A stretch of DNA of 60,438 nt from an uncultured Clostridia bacterium (GCA_944381245.1 CALWKK010000002.1:1-60438); one strand, 5' to 3'. Positions 1 through 10,523 are shown, counted from the first letter of the stretch. Numbers and translations: made by a program. The notes: generated from the letters alone by a model not told the origin.

Positions 1-656
1 CTTGCGTTTCCTTTAGCAATCATACATTTTCTGCAAAAGACGAAATTAAAATTGCTTTTGCCGGTCCTTTAATTAATGTGGCAGTGATTATTATCACTGT
101 TATGCTTTGGTGGATTTTCCCGTCTTTTTATTCTTTTTCTTATACTTTTGTTATTTCAAATTTTTCTATTGCTTTATTTAATCTTATTCCGGCTTTTCCT
201 CTTGATGGTGGAAGAATTCTAACATCGTTTTTGAAAACAAAAATAAATACTAATAAAGCTTATAAAATAGCAACTTTTTTCAATTTATTTTTTTCTATTT
301 TATTTTTTTTAATTTTTATAATATCATGTTTCTACACTATTAATTTTAGCTATGCATTGTTTGCTATATTTTTGTTTTTAGGCATAATTGAAGGGAATTT
401 TCAAGGTAAATATTCTCCAATTATTTATGAATACGAAAACAAAAAGAAAGATGTTTTGTTGGTTAAAAATTTATATGTTAATTCAAATACACCTTTTTAT
501 AAAATCATATCTGAAATTAATAGACATAAATTCAATATTATTTTTGTTAAGTTTAATAATAACAAAATAAAAATGATAACAGAAAATCAATTTTATGATT
601 TATTAGAAAAAAATTCACTTGAATCCACATTTGAAAATATTTATTATACACAATAA
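1..656 (+). CDS. Site-2 (M50) metalloprotease, SpoIVFB-like, 5'-truncated by the window edge
   Basis: The frame is open from base 3. The C-terminal M50 signature NLIPAFPLDGGRIL lies inside hydrophobic helices and is followed by a soluble CBS-like tail. The HExxH motif would lie upstream of the window. Confidence 0.6.
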   Translation, partial: CVSFSNHTFSAKDEIKIAFAGPLINVAVIIITVMLWWIFPSFYSFSYTFVISNFSIALFNLIPAFPLDGGRILTSFLKTKINTNKAYKIATFFNLFFSILFFLIFIISCFYTINFSYALFAIFLFLGIIEGNFQGKYSPIIYEYENKKKDVLLVKNLYVNSNTPFYKIISEINRHKFNIIFVKFNNNKIKMITENQFYDLLEKNSLESTFENIYYTQ

Positions 657-703
657 ATATAAAATAAATTCTTAACCTTAAAATAAAAGCATATTGTATA
701 TTA

Positions 704-2041
704 ATGAAAATATCAAAACTTGAAAAATTTTATTATGGCATAGGAAATTTAGGATATTCAACTATATCATCGGCTTTATCTAATTTTATAATGTTTTTTG
801 GAACAAGTGTTATGGGCATTCCTGGAACTTTAGTTGGAATAGCCGTGTCGATAAGTGTTTTGTGGGATGCTATTTCAGATCCTATTGTCGGATATTTTTC
901 AGATAATTTAAATTCTTCAATAGGTAAACGTCATCCATTTATGTTAATCGGTATTTTAGGAATGTGTGCCATAAATTTAATTATATGGCTCGTACCACCA
1001 ACAGCCCCATTAAGCATAAAATTTATTTGGATACTTTTTTCTTTACTGTTAGTTCAGACATTTTGTACATTTTTTTCAACACCTCATTTAGCCTTAGGTT
1101 TAGAAATGACAAACAACCCACATGAACAAACAAATATTCAGTGTTCAAGAACTATTTTTCAATTAATAGGCATGATGCTTCCAACAGTATTGATGTTTAT
1201 ATTTATGCCTGAAGATAATGGGGGGCAAGGACAACTTTTAGCTCAAGGATATATAAACACAGCTTATGTGTCTTCACTATTATGTTTATTTTTTGGCCTC
1301 ATAACATTTTTTGGAACATTAAAACATCAAGTTTGCTGTCAACCCAAAGCAATAAAGGAAAAAGAATCAATAATTTCAATATTTAACGATTTTTTCAAAA
1401 TTTTAAAAAAAAGAGAATATCGCATAATTATATTTGGTTACGCAACAAGTTTATTTGCATCTGCGTTTTTAACGGGAGCAGGAATGCATATGTTCACATA
1501 TTGTTTTCATTTTAGTTCTAAACAAATATCAATATCAATGGGAACGTTAATTATATCTGCTGTTCTTGCCCAAATATTTTGGGGAAAAATTTCTCAAAAA
1601 CAAACTAAAAAAAATGTTTTAATACAAGGACTTTCTGTTGGTATTTTAGGTATATTATGTTTGTGGGCCGTGTTTATTTTAAGAGAACTTTTTTCAACTA
1701 ATATTCTATTTTATTTATGTTTACCATTTATTTTTATAAGTGGCTTTGGAACTGGAGTTTTATATTCTTTTCCGTTGTCAATATTTGGTGATATTATGGC
1801 TAATGATAAGGAATTAAAAGAAACTAATAAAACAGGTGTTTATTCAGGAATAATGACTTTAGCTTATAAAATAAGTAATGCAGTTGCTTTGGTTATTATA
1901 GGAATTGTTTTAGATTTTATAAAATTTTCTTCCGTCTCACCCGTTCAACCAATTAGTGTTCAAAACGGTTTAGGATTATTAGTTATTCTTGGAACTATTA
2001 TATCTTTAGCATTATCTATATTAATTTATAATAAATACTAA
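704..2041 (+). CDS. MFS transporter of the glycoside-pentoside-hexuronide (GPH/MelB-like) family
   Basis: Multi-TM hydrophobic profile. N-terminal GPH-type block VLWDAISDPIVGYFSDN. Confidence 0.7.
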   Translation: MKISKLEKFYYGIGNLGYSTISSALSNFIMFFGTSVMGIPGTLVGIAVSISVLWDAISDPIVGYFSDNLNSSIGKRHPFMLIGILGMCAINLIIWLVPPTAPLSIKFIWILFSLLLVQTFCTFFSTPHLALGLEMTNNPHEQTNIQCSRTIFQLIGMMLPTVLMFIFMPEDNGGQGQLLAQGYINTAYVSSLLCLFFGLITFFGTLKHQVCCQPKAIKEKESIISIFNDFFKILKKREYRIIIFGYATSLFASAFLTGAGMHMFTYCFHFSSKQISISMGTLIISAVLAQIFWGKISQKQTKKNVLIQGLSVGILGILCLWAVFILRELFSTNILFYLCLPFIFISGFGTGVLYSFPLSIFGDIMANDKELKETNKTGVYSGIMTLAYKISNAVALVIIGIVLDFIKFSSVSPVQPISVQNGLGLLVILGTIISLALSILIYNKY

Positions 2042-2052
2042 CATAAAAAAAT

Positions 2053-2081
2053 TTGACTTATATAAAACAATTCTCTATTAT
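2053..2081 (+). promoter_or_regulatory. Sigma-A type promoter TTGACT-N17-TATTAT
   Basis: -35 TTGACT at 2053-2058, a 17-nt spacer, and -10 TATTAT at 2076-2081. It lies 15 nt upstream of the ATG at 2097, with a GGAGG SD in between. Confidence 0.5.
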
Positions 2082-2096
2082 GATAATGGAGGTTAT

Positions 2097-3278
2097 ATGA
2101 GTTTGCTAGGAACAATTTCTTATGGAATAAGAACTCCTATAATAAAACACGGAGATAATTTAATTGAAATAGTGAGCGAAAGCGTTATAAACGCTTGCAA
2201 AGAGAACAATATTAATTTACAAGATTGCGATATTGTTGGCGTAACAGAAGCTGTTGTTGCAATTTCTCAAGGGAATTTTGCAACAGTCGACCAAATTTCG
2301 ATAAATATAGAAAATATTTTTAAAGACAAGGTGGTTGGATTAATTTTCCCCATTCTTAGCAGAAATAGATTTTCACTTATATTAAAAGCCATAGCAAAAG
2401 GTTGTAAAAAAGTAATAATAATGCTATCATATCCATCAGACGAAGTTGGAAATCCATTAATAGATAATAATAAATTTTATGAAAGTGGAATTAATCCTTA
2501 TGGGTTACCACTTTCAGAAAAAGAATTTAGAGAAATTTTTGGTAAAACTAATCATTTATTCACTGGAGTTGACTATATTGAATTTTATAAAGAAATAGCT
2601 GGTCCTAATTGCGAAATTATATTTGGAAATAAAGCTGAAGACATATTAAAATATACCCCTTATGTTATTAATGCTGATATACACACTAGGAAACAAACAA
2701 AAGAAATTTTATTAAAAAATAATGCAAAAATAGTTGTTTCTTTAGACGAAATAATGAATAAAAGCATTAATGGAAGTGGATATAATGAAATATATGGCTT
2801 GTTAGGTAGTAATATTAATACAGATAATGAACTTAAATTATTTCCGAGAGATACTGAACAATTTGTTAACAATTTGCAAAAAGTTTTCAAAGAAAAAACC
2901 GGAAAAAATATTGAATGTTTAGTTTATGGAGATGGCGCATTTAAGGATCCTGTTGGTAAAATTTGGGAATTAGCAGATCCTGTAGTATCCCCAGCATACA
3001 CAAGTGGATTAATTGGAACACCTAACGAAATTAAATTAAAATATATATCTGAAACAAAACTTGCAAATTTAAATGGGAAAGAAGCGAGTCTGGAATTTAA
3101 AAAAATAATAAAGAAAAAAAATGGAGACTCGAAAAATAATAATAGAGAATCGCTCGGAACAACTCCTCGTCAATACACGGATCTCATTGGTTCTTTATGT
3201 GATTTAACAAGTGGAAGTGGAGATAAAGGAACTCCAGTTATATTAATACAAAACTATTTTAAAAATTATGCAGATTAA
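2097..3278 (+). CDS. CofE-family (F420-0:gamma-glutamyl ligase-like) protein, function unknown
   Basis: N-terminal blocks GIRTPIIKHGDNL and VGVTEAVVAISQGN resemble the CofE fold. Strong GGAGG SD. At 393 aa it is longer than classical CofE. Confidence 0.45.
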   Translation: MSLLGTISYGIRTPIIKHGDNLIEIVSESVINACKENNINLQDCDIVGVTEAVVAISQGNFATVDQISINIENIFKDKVVGLIFPILSRNRFSLILKAIAKGCKKVIIMLSYPSDEVGNPLIDNNKFYESGINPYGLPLSEKEFREIFGKTNHLFTGVDYIEFYKEIAGPNCEIIFGNKAEDILKYTPYVINADIHTRKQTKEILLKNNAKIVVSLDEIMNKSINGSGYNEIYGLLGSNINTDNELKLFPRDTEQFVNNLQKVFKEKTGKNIECLVYGDGAFKDPVGKIWELADPVVSPAYTSGLIGTPNEIKLKYISETKLANLNGKEASLEFKKIIKKKNGDSKNNNRESLGTTPRQYTDLIGSLCDLTSGSGDKGTPVILIQNYFKNYAD

Positions 3279-3303
3279 ATAACACCAAAAGTGTTATTTT
3301 TTT
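3277..3303 (+). terminator. Intrinsic terminator
   Basis: Stem AAATAACAC / GTGTTATTT with loop CAAAA, followed by a T-run. The stem overlaps the stop codon at 3276-3278. Confidence 0.6.
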
Positions 3304-3312
3304 ATATAATAT

Positions 3313-3341
3313 TTGTTGTTTAAGATTTTTTTTGTTATAAT
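3313..3341 (+). promoter_or_regulatory. Extended -10 promoter placed for a leaderless transcript
   Basis: TTGTTG at 3313-3318, a 17-nt spacer including the extended -10 TGT (3333-3335), and the -10 hexamer TATAAT at 3336-3341. Exactly 6 nt then precede the ATG at 3348. There is no SD. Confidence 0.5.
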
Positions 3342-3347
3342 CGTTTT

Positions 3348-5522
3348 ATGGAAATATTAAAAGATATAAAACAAATAATAAATAAAATTAATAGTATATT
3401 TAATATTGAAAATATAATAACAGAACAAAATTTTTTAAAGGAACAAATTTCACAAAACACAATTGATTTAATAAATAAAAATAGTACAAATACTCAAATA
3501 AACAAAGAAGATATAGAAAGTTTATCTGATTTAATTTTTCAATTAAAAAACTATGAAATTCCTGTTTCAAATACGGTAATAATTCTTTTATCAACAAAAA
3601 ATTATGAAGCTATTTTTTATTTCATAAAAAAAATGTTGTTAGGCCAATTTGGGAATACAAAATATACATCAAAAAATAATTATAATATAATTGAAAAATT
3701 TTTCGATAGATTTATTGAAGTGGTATACAATTATAATATAGAAAAAAATTTATATATACCTTTTATTATTAAAATTTTAAACAGTGAAAAAAATGAAATC
3801 ATTAATCAATGGATAAGACCTGCTAGTGAATTTATGGAAAACTTTTTTGAAGAAAATGAAAACTGGTTATATGAATATTTAAAATATGATGAAGAAAATA
3901 AATACAAATTGTTAAATATTATATTAAATTTTGATATAATAAAAGGAATAAAGATTATAATTGATGATTTTTTGACCAATTCTCAAAACTTAGAAAAAAT
4001 AGCTCCTTTATTAAAGAACTATAAAAAAGAAATTTTTTTTGAATTAGATAATAGATTATATGATGAAAATATCAGTGATTTTGATAAGGATAAATTATGT
4101 AATTTATATTTGATTTTCGAAAGCGATAACGAAGCAATAACAAGATTAAACGAATTATATACTAAAACTAAATCAGAAAATTTAAAATTAAAAATAGCAG
4201 AAAAACTTGAAATGATAAAAAGTCCAGAAATAAAAAACGAAAAACAATTTTTATACACAGCAAGAAGAAAAGTAAAGTTACCACAAGAAAGAACACTTGG
4301 AATAACTTTTGATAAATTAAATTTAAATTTAGCAAGTGGATTTCCAGCATCTAATATTGTTAAAACATATTTAATTAATGTTTTTAAAGAAGAAAATCAA
4401 TTAAATAATTTAAAAAATCTAAACTATCTCTTTAAGGTATTTGAAAAAAAAGGATTAAATGATTTTGCAAAAAAATTATTTGAAGTTTTATTAAAAAAAC
4501 AAGATATAAAAGAAGCAAAATGGGCAATACGATTTTGTTGTTTACTTTCAGATGAAAATCTATCTTCCGAATTGTCAAATTTTGCAATAGAACTTTTTAA
4601 ACAAAATAGATTAAAAGAAGGTAAATATTTAACTGAATGTTTAGTTTATACAGGTAAAGTTGAATCTCTAAAGATAATAACTTCAAATTATATAAAGGAT
4701 AAAGAATGGAAAGATAAGGTAATAAATATATTCACTCAAAACACTAATTATGATTTGGAAGATATTTTGGATTTATTATCAATTGACAATATTTCTGAAA
4801 TTAATATTAATAATGAAAAAAATCGCTTGATTAATGCATTTTTAAATGGAAGAAAATATAATTATAAAAATTTTGATAATTTAATAAACAGAGAACCCTT
4901 TAAAACTTTGTTTAAAAGATTAATTTGGGGTGAATATAAAAATGATAAATTATATAACGCTTTTGTATTAAAAGAAAATGAACAAGGAATTAATGAAAAA
5001 AGCTATTTACTTAAATTACAAAACGATTTAGTCGAAAATTTTGATATTCAAATATTACATACTCTTGATTTGGACGATAGATTTGAAAAAGTTATTAATA
5101 ACGCTGTCGAAAATCCCCTATTTAATCAATTTAAAAATATAAAATTTGAAATAAAAAGTTATAAACCACAAACAACTGAAATATCTAATTTTAATGGAAT
5201 GTTTGTTAAAACATATGATTTTATTGAAAGTTTAAAAGAAAACAATTTTTATATTAATAGTAACGAAAATGAAAATAATTTTCAATCATTAATTAACATT
5301 ATTCCTAATTATGAATTTGTGTGCATATTAGAATTTTCAAAACCTATTAATAAAAATATTACATTTTCAAATATAGGGAATATTTATTTTTTTAAGAAAA
5401 AAGATTTAATTGTCAATGAAAATAAATATGAGTATTACAAAAACAATTCGTTACCATGTATTTCTATTCCTCCACGATATTTTGATTATTGTTTAACAGT
5501 TATTTATCAATCATTAAAATAA
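3348..5522 (+). CDS. Large cytosolic helical-repeat protein, possibly DUF4132-like
   Basis: 724-aa uninterrupted ORF with no TM segments. The C-terminal part has blocks (RLIWGEY, FNQFKNIKFEI) reminiscent of DUF4132. The family call is tentative. Confidence 0.4.
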   Translation: MEILKDIKQIINKINSIFNIENIITEQNFLKEQISQNTIDLINKNSTNTQINKEDIESLSDLIFQLKNYEIPVSNTVIILLSTKNYEAIFYFIKKMLLGQFGNTKYTSKNNYNIIEKFFDRFIEVVYNYNIEKNLYIPFIIKILNSEKNEIINQWIRPASEFMENFFEENENWLYEYLKYDEENKYKLLNIILNFDIIKGIKIIIDDFLTNSQNLEKIAPLLKNYKKEIFFELDNRLYDENISDFDKDKLCNLYLIFESDNEAITRLNELYTKTKSENLKLKIAEKLEMIKSPEIKNEKQFLYTARRKVKLPQERTLGITFDKLNLNLASGFPASNIVKTYLINVFKEENQLNNLKNLNYLFKVFEKKGLNDFAKKLFEVLLKKQDIKEAKWAIRFCCLLSDENLSSELSNFAIELFKQNRLKEGKYLTECLVYTGKVESLKIITSNYIKDKEWKDKVINIFTQNTNYDLEDILDLLSIDNISEININNEKNRLINAFLNGRKYNYKNFDNLINREPFKTLFKRLIWGEYKNDKLYNAFVLKENEQGINEKSYLLKLQNDLVENFDIQILHTLDLDDRFEKVINNAVENPLFNQFKNIKFEIKSYKPQTTEISNFNGMFVKTYDFIESLKENNFYINSNENENNFQSLINIIPNYEFVCILEFSKPINKNITFSNIGNIYFFKKKDLIVNENKYEYYKNNSLPCISIPPRYFDYCLTVIYQSLK

Positions 5523-5563
5523 ACATATAAAAAAATAAATGAATATATAAATAAAGGATTTTT

Positions 5564-6937
5564 ATGAAATTTTATAATAGTTTAACCAATAAAAAAGAAA
5601 ATTTAAAATTTGAAAATAATTTAGTAAAAATGTATACATGTGGACCGACTGTATATTATTACCCTCATATAGGTAATATGAGAGCCTATATTTTTATGGA
5701 TTTGCTAAGAAAAAGCTTAAAATTTTGTGGATATGAAATAAATGGAGTTTTAAACATAACAGATGTTGGACATTTAGTTTCTGATGCAGATGAAGGCGAA
5801 GATAAAATTGAACTTATGGCAAAAAAAGAAAAAAAAGATCCATATGAAATTTCAAAATTTTACACAAATTGCTTTTTTGAAGATTGCAAGCGTTTGAACA
5901 TTGAATTGCCTGAACATATTGCAAAAGCAACAGAACATATAAATGATATGATTGAATTTATAAAAGATCTTGAAAAAAAGGGTTACACATATAAAATTGA
6001 CGATGGAATATATTTTGATATAAAAAAATTTCCTAATTACGGAGCTTTATCTGGAATTGATTTAGATAAAAAAGGAATTAATAGAATTGAAGAAAATCCA
6101 CAAAAACATCATCCATTTGATTTTGTTTTATGGAAATTTGTTCCTAAAGAACATATTATGAAATGGGATAGTCCGTGGGGAATAGGCTGCCCGGGCTGGC
6201 ATATTGAATGCTCTGCAATGGGGGAAAAATATTTAGGAGATAAGATAGATATTCATACAGGAGGAATAGATCATAAATCAATTCATCATGAGAATGAAAT
6301 AGCTCAAAGTGACGCAAAAGAAGGTCATAAAGTTGTTAAGTGTTGGATGCACACTGAATTTTTACAAGTTAATGGTGGGAAAATGAGTAAAAGTTTAGGC
6401 AACTTATATACATTAGATCAATTAATTGAAAAAGGTTATTCTCCTTTAGATTTTAGATATATGAATTTATTAACACATTATAGAAAAAGTTTAAATTTTA
6501 CATTTGATAGTTTAAATGCTTCAAAAGTTGCATTAAAATCATTAAAAAAGTTGGCATTTGAACATAAAAATTCCACAAGCTTAACTGATAAAAACATACT
6601 CGCTAAATATGAAGAATTCTTTAAAAATGCAATATCCGATGATTTAAATATTCCTTTAGCAATTGGTATTGTTTGGAAATTGCTAAAAAATGAAACAAAA
6701 TCTAAAGATGTTTATAATTTATTGTTAAAATTTGATAAAGTGTTATCTTTAGATTTGGACAAATTAGAAGAATATTATGAAGAAATACCAGATGAAATTA
6801 TTAAATTAGCAGAATTAAGAAAAAAAGAAAGATTAGCCAAAAATTGGACTGAATCTGATAATCTCAGAAATATTATAGAATCTAAAGGCTATATAATAAA
6901 AGATATAAAGGAAAACTACGAAATATTAAAAAAATAA
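5564..6937 (+). CDS. cysS: Cysteinyl-tRNA synthetase
   Basis: Class I HIGH (YPHIGNMR) and KMSKS (GGKMSKSLGN) motifs, plus the CPGWHIEC zinc-site context. Confidence 0.95.
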   Translation: MKFYNSLTNKKENLKFENNLVKMYTCGPTVYYYPHIGNMRAYIFMDLLRKSLKFCGYEINGVLNITDVGHLVSDADEGEDKIELMAKKEKKDPYEISKFYTNCFFEDCKRLNIELPEHIAKATEHINDMIEFIKDLEKKGYTYKIDDGIYFDIKKFPNYGALSGIDLDKKGINRIEENPQKHHPFDFVLWKFVPKEHIMKWDSPWGIGCPGWHIECSAMGEKYLGDKIDIHTGGIDHKSIHHENEIAQSDAKEGHKVVKCWMHTEFLQVNGGKMSKSLGNLYTLDQLIEKGYSPLDFRYMNLLTHYRKSLNFTFDSLNASKVALKSLKKLAFEHKNSTSLTDKNILAKYEEFFKNAISDDLNIPLAIGIVWKLLKNETKSKDVYNLLLKFDKVLSLDLDKLEEYYEEIPDEIIKLAELRKKERLAKNWTESDNLRNIIESKGYIIKDIKENYEILKK

Positions 6938-6939
6938 AA

Positions 6940-8196
6940 ATGAAAAACAAAAGAGAAAATAAAAAAGAAGATTTAAGAAAAAATCTTATAATAAGAACAA
7001 TTATATATGTTTTTATTATTCTTTGTTTATGTTCAACATTTTTTTTTAAAGAAAAAATTGAAAACTTGCTAAATTATGCATATAATTACGATGCTCCTAA
7101 AACTGACATTGATTATGATGGTTTATTAATACATTTTGTTGATGTCGGGCAAGCAGATTCAACAATTATACAATTTCCCACTGGCGAAATTATGATAATT
7201 GACTGTGGACATTATCATGAATCTTCTTTAAATAAATTTAAAAGTTATTTAGAAAAATTAAATTTTAAGTATAAAAATGGACAACCTGTTATTGATTACT
7301 TAATTTTAACTCACCCAGATGCAGATCATATCGGTGGCGCATCTTATTTATTCCAAAATTATCAAGTTTTAAATTGTTATCTTCCTGAAATATATTGCTC
7401 AAGTGATGATGTTTCTGAAATTCCAAATGCTGTTGTTTGCTATAATCAAAAATACGAAGAAATAATTAATTTATTAAATATTGAAATTGAAGTTTCCGAT
7501 TGTAACAAATTTTATACAACAGAAACTTTATCTATAAAAAGCAATAATTTTGATTATAATTTATCAGAAAATGATGAAAATATGTGGATAGTTGAATTCT
7601 TTACTCCAATTATTGGAGCATATTACACTAAAACAGAACTAACAAATGAAGCATCAACAAATGAATATTCACCTATAATGATGTTAACATATTTGGATAC
7701 TAAAGTTATGCTAACAGGCGATGTTACATCGGAAATCGAAAATGAATTTATAGCTAAGATAGAAAATGGCGATTATGAAATTTTTTCTTCTAATTTAAAC
7801 ACATTTGTTAATGCAACAAAAGAATATTTTGATGTTGATATACTAAAAGTCGCACATCATGGTAGTAAATATTCAACTACAGAAAAATTTTTAAAAGTTG
7901 TTAAACCTGAAATTTCAATAATATCATGTGGAAACACTCATGGACACCCTGCCCCAGAAACCATACAAAGACTTGAAGAAAGTGGTATTAATCCAAAAAA
8001 TATTTATCAAACTATTTTAAATGGAAATATTTTAATAGGTGTAACTAAAGATGGTATTGCTTTGAATGCTAATTATATACCATATATTTATTTTGAATTT
8101 AAGTTATGGTATTTTATTTTGATAGGTTCAGCAATAAGTGGAATTATTATATATTTTCCTTATATAAAAAAATATATAAAAATAAAAAAGAGATAA
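6940..8196 (+). CDS. ComEC/Rec2-related metallo-beta-lactamase domain membrane protein
   Basis: Motifs HFVDVGQADS, LTHPDADHIGG and VAHHGSKYS. TM helices at the N and C termini. It starts 2 nt after the cysS stop. Confidence 0.7.
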   Translation: MKNKRENKKEDLRKNLIIRTIIYVFIILCLCSTFFFKEKIENLLNYAYNYDAPKTDIDYDGLLIHFVDVGQADSTIIQFPTGEIMIIDCGHYHESSLNKFKSYLEKLNFKYKNGQPVIDYLILTHPDADHIGGASYLFQNYQVLNCYLPEIYCSSDDVSEIPNAVVCYNQKYEEIINLLNIEIEVSDCNKFYTTETLSIKSNNFDYNLSENDENMWIVEFFTPIIGAYYTKTELTNEASTNEYSPIMMLTYLDTKVMLTGDVTSEIENEFIAKIENGDYEIFSSNLNTFVNATKEYFDVDILKVAHHGSKYSTTEKFLKVVKPEISIISCGNTHGHPAPETIQRLEESGINPKNIYQTILNGNILIGVTKDGIALNANYIPYIYFEFKLWYFILIGSAISGIIIYFPYIKKYIKIKKR

Positions 8197-8208
8197 AACG
8201 GAAAGAAT

Positions 8209-8772
8209 ATGGGATTTGAAATTGAAATAATTAAAACATTACAAAAAAACACATCGGAAATTTTTGATATATTTTTGAAATTAGTTTCGCATTTAGCCAA
8301 CTATATAGGATTTATATTGGTTTTTTTAATATTATTTATTTTTATAAATAAAAAATATTCAGTATATTTTGCCTTGACATATGGCTTTTCAATTTTGTTC
8401 AATTTTATTTTAAAAATAGTAATAAATAGGCCAAGACCTTATATTGTCGATAATTCTATAATAAACATACTTCCTGGAAGTGGAAATGCAATGCCAAGTG
8501 GACACACATTAAGCGCAACAATATTAATTTGCTTTATTTTATATATAATTTGGGATAAAAAATATAAAAATTATATTAAAATTTTAGCCACATTTATTTC
8601 CTTGATTTTTTTAATTTTAACTATAATTTCAAGAATGTATTTAGGACAACACTATTTAACAGACACTATAGTTGGATTTCTAGAAGGATTAATTTTTTCA
8701 ATAACATCTCTAAACTTCTATAAGATAATAAAGGAAAAGGAGAATAACAATGTTAATAAAAACCAAAAATGA
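8209..8772 (+). CDS. PAP2-family phosphatase (undecaprenyl-diphosphatase-like)
   Basis: Three PAP2 motifs: NRPRPY, MPSGHT and SRMYLGQHYLTD. Integral membrane profile. Confidence 0.8.
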   Translation: MGFEIEIIKTLQKNTSEIFDIFLKLVSHLANYIGFILVFLILFIFINKKYSVYFALTYGFSILFNFILKIVINRPRPYIVDNSIINILPGSGNAMPSGHTLSATILICFILYIIWDKKYKNYIKILATFISLIFLILTIISRMYLGQHYLTDTIVGFLEGLIFSITSLNFYKIIKEKENNNVNKNQK

Positions 8773-9172
8773 GAAAGAAACAATAAATTTGGGAAAAAAT
8801 ATTATAAAATATATAAAAATTCCTTGTGTTATTGTTCTTAGTGGAGATTTGGGTGCTGGGAAAACAACCTTATCAAAAGGGATTGCAAAAGCGCTTAACA
8901 TTACTGAATTAATCACAAGCCCAACTTTTACCATACTTAATGAGTACAAAACATCAAAAACAAATTTATATCATTTTGATATGTATAGATTAAATTCATT
9001 AGATGAAGCTTTAGAATTAGGATTTGATGAATATTTTAATAAAAACGACGGAGTTATATTAGTTGAATGGGAAGAAAATGTTAAAGGATTAATTAAAAGA
9101 CCTTATTATAAAATAACGATAAAAAAGGAATCAAATAATGAAAGAGAAATAAGTTTGGAGGAAATTTTATGA
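8750..9172 (+). CDS. tsaE: tRNA t6A37 biosynthesis ATPase TsaE
   Basis: P-loop GDLGAGKTTLSKGI and HFDMYRL block. GGAG SD. Overlaps the upstream gene by 23 nt. Confidence 0.85.
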   Translation: MLIKTKNEKETINLGKNIIKYIKIPCVIVLSGDLGAGKTTLSKGIAKALNITELITSPTFTILNEYKTSKTNLYHFDMYRLNSLDEALELGFDEYFNKNDGVILVEWEENVKGLIKRPYYKITIKKESNNEREISLEEIL

Positions 9173-9798
9173 ATGTATTATGTATTAACACAGCATTTAA
9201 TGAAGCATTTATAGCTTTAAAATATCAAACAAAAAAATTTTATAAAAAAATTAATTCAAATGCTAAACATTCTGAAAATTTATTAAAAGAAATTGAAAAT
9301 ATTTTTGAAAAAGTAAAATCTGAAAAAAACTCAAACTCTATTTTAAAAAATTTAGATGTAATATCTATTGTTATAGGACCTGGCTCTTTTACGGGTTTAA
9401 GAATTGGAATTGCAACTGTAAAAGCTTTGCTATGCGTAAATAAAAATTTAAAATGTATTGCTATAAACAGCTTAGAATTAATAGGTTTTGAATATAATAA
9501 AAATTCAACTCCAATCATTAATGCTTTAAGTGGATATTATTTTGTTGGAAATTATAACTGCGAAAACAAATTAATAGAAAATCCTCAAATGCTTACAGAA
9601 ATTGATTTATTAAATTATAAAAACAAAATTTCAATAGAAAAATTAAATCTAAAATCAAAAATTATTCGTTTAACAGCCAAAAATCTATTAAAATACACTG
9701 AATATAAAATAAAAAACAATTCTTTTACCAATGAAAACGAACTAAAACCGTTATATATAAGACCGTCTCAAGCGGAGGCAAATCTGAATGCAAATTAA
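9169..9798 (+). CDS. tsaB: tRNA t6A37 biosynthesis protein TsaB
   Basis: GPGSFTGLRIGIATVKAL signature. ATGA overlap with tsaE. Confidence 0.8.
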   Translation: MNVLCINTAFNEAFIALKYQTKKFYKKINSNAKHSENLLKEIENIFEKVKSEKNSNSILKNLDVISIVIGPGSFTGLRIGIATVKALLCVNKNLKCIAINSLELIGFEYNKNSTPIINALSGYYFVGNYNCENKLIENPQMLTEIDLLNYKNKISIEKLNLKSKIIRLTAKNLLKYTEYKIKNNSFTNENELKPLYIRPSQAEANLNAN

Positions 9799-10210
9799 AG
9801 CTAATATATCAAAATCGGACATTGATGAAATTTATAATATATCCAAAGAACAATTTGGAGAAAATAGTTGGACATATGAACAATTTATCGATTCATATTA
9901 TTCTAAATCAACGCAAATATATGTTGCTATAGAAAATTTAACCATTGTTAGTTTTATGATAGTGCAAGATAATATAGATGATTTGAATATTTTACTTATT
10001 GCAACAAAAGAAACTTATAAAAGAAAAGGATATGCAAAAAAATTAATAAACTTTTTGGGTAATAAAACAATTTGGTTGGAAGTACGAGAATCAAATTTTG
10101 ATGCTATTAATTTTTATTTGGCAAATGAATTTAAATTAATAGGTAAAAGATTAAATTATTATAAAAATAAAGAAAATGCATTAATTTTTGAAAAAAAAAG
10201 TATTGCATAA
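9788..10210 (+). CDS. rimI: Ribosomal-protein-alanine N-acetyltransferase (GNAT)
   Basis: GNAT core (RKGYAKKLI) and the conserved position after tsaE-tsaB. GGAGG SD. Confidence 0.7.
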   Translation: MQIKANISKSDIDEIYNISKEQFGENSWTYEQFIDSYYSKSTQIYVAIENLTIVSFMIVQDNIDDLNILLIATKETYKRKGYAKKLINFLGNKTIWLEVRESNFDAINFYLANEFKLIGKRLNYYKNKENALIFEKKSIA

Positions 10211-10251
10211 ATACAGTTGATATATTATAATGATAAAAGAAAGGGGTGTTT

Positions 10252-10440
10252 ATGAAATACATATCAAAAGAAAATTTAATTGAAATAGCATGCGAAATAC
10301 ATGGAGTTACTGGGTCAAACGCTCGCAAACTATTTGAAAATATGTCACGCAATCAATTAATAAAAATTATTAAAGCTGAAGAAAAATTATTTAAATCTAA
10401 AGAAACAAAAAATAATGAAATAAATGAATTAGAAAAATAA
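10252..10440 (+). CDS. Small hypothetical protein (62 aa)
   Basis: Strong SD AAAGGGGTG before the ATG at 10252. No recognisable family. Confidence 0.4.
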   Translation: MKYISKENLIEIACEIHGVTGSNARKLFENMSRNQLIKIIKAEEKLFKSKETKNNEINELEK

Positions 10441-10494
10441 CATATTTATATAAATAATGAATATAATATTTAAGAAAATTTAATACAAAAACAC

Positions 10495-10523
10495 TTGACT
10501 TGTTTTGCTTATTGTTGTATTAT
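10495..10523 (+). promoter_or_regulatory. Sigma-A promoter TTGACT-N17-TATTAT for greA
   Basis: -35 at 10495-10500 and -10 at 10518-10523, with TG immediately upstream of the -10. Confidence 0.55.

Noticed and set aside
5105-5111. Intragenic TGTCGAA matches (also at 14957-14963 inside gpmI)
   Set aside because: These are isolated single copies inside coding sequence. That number is consistent with chance expectation for this 7-mer.
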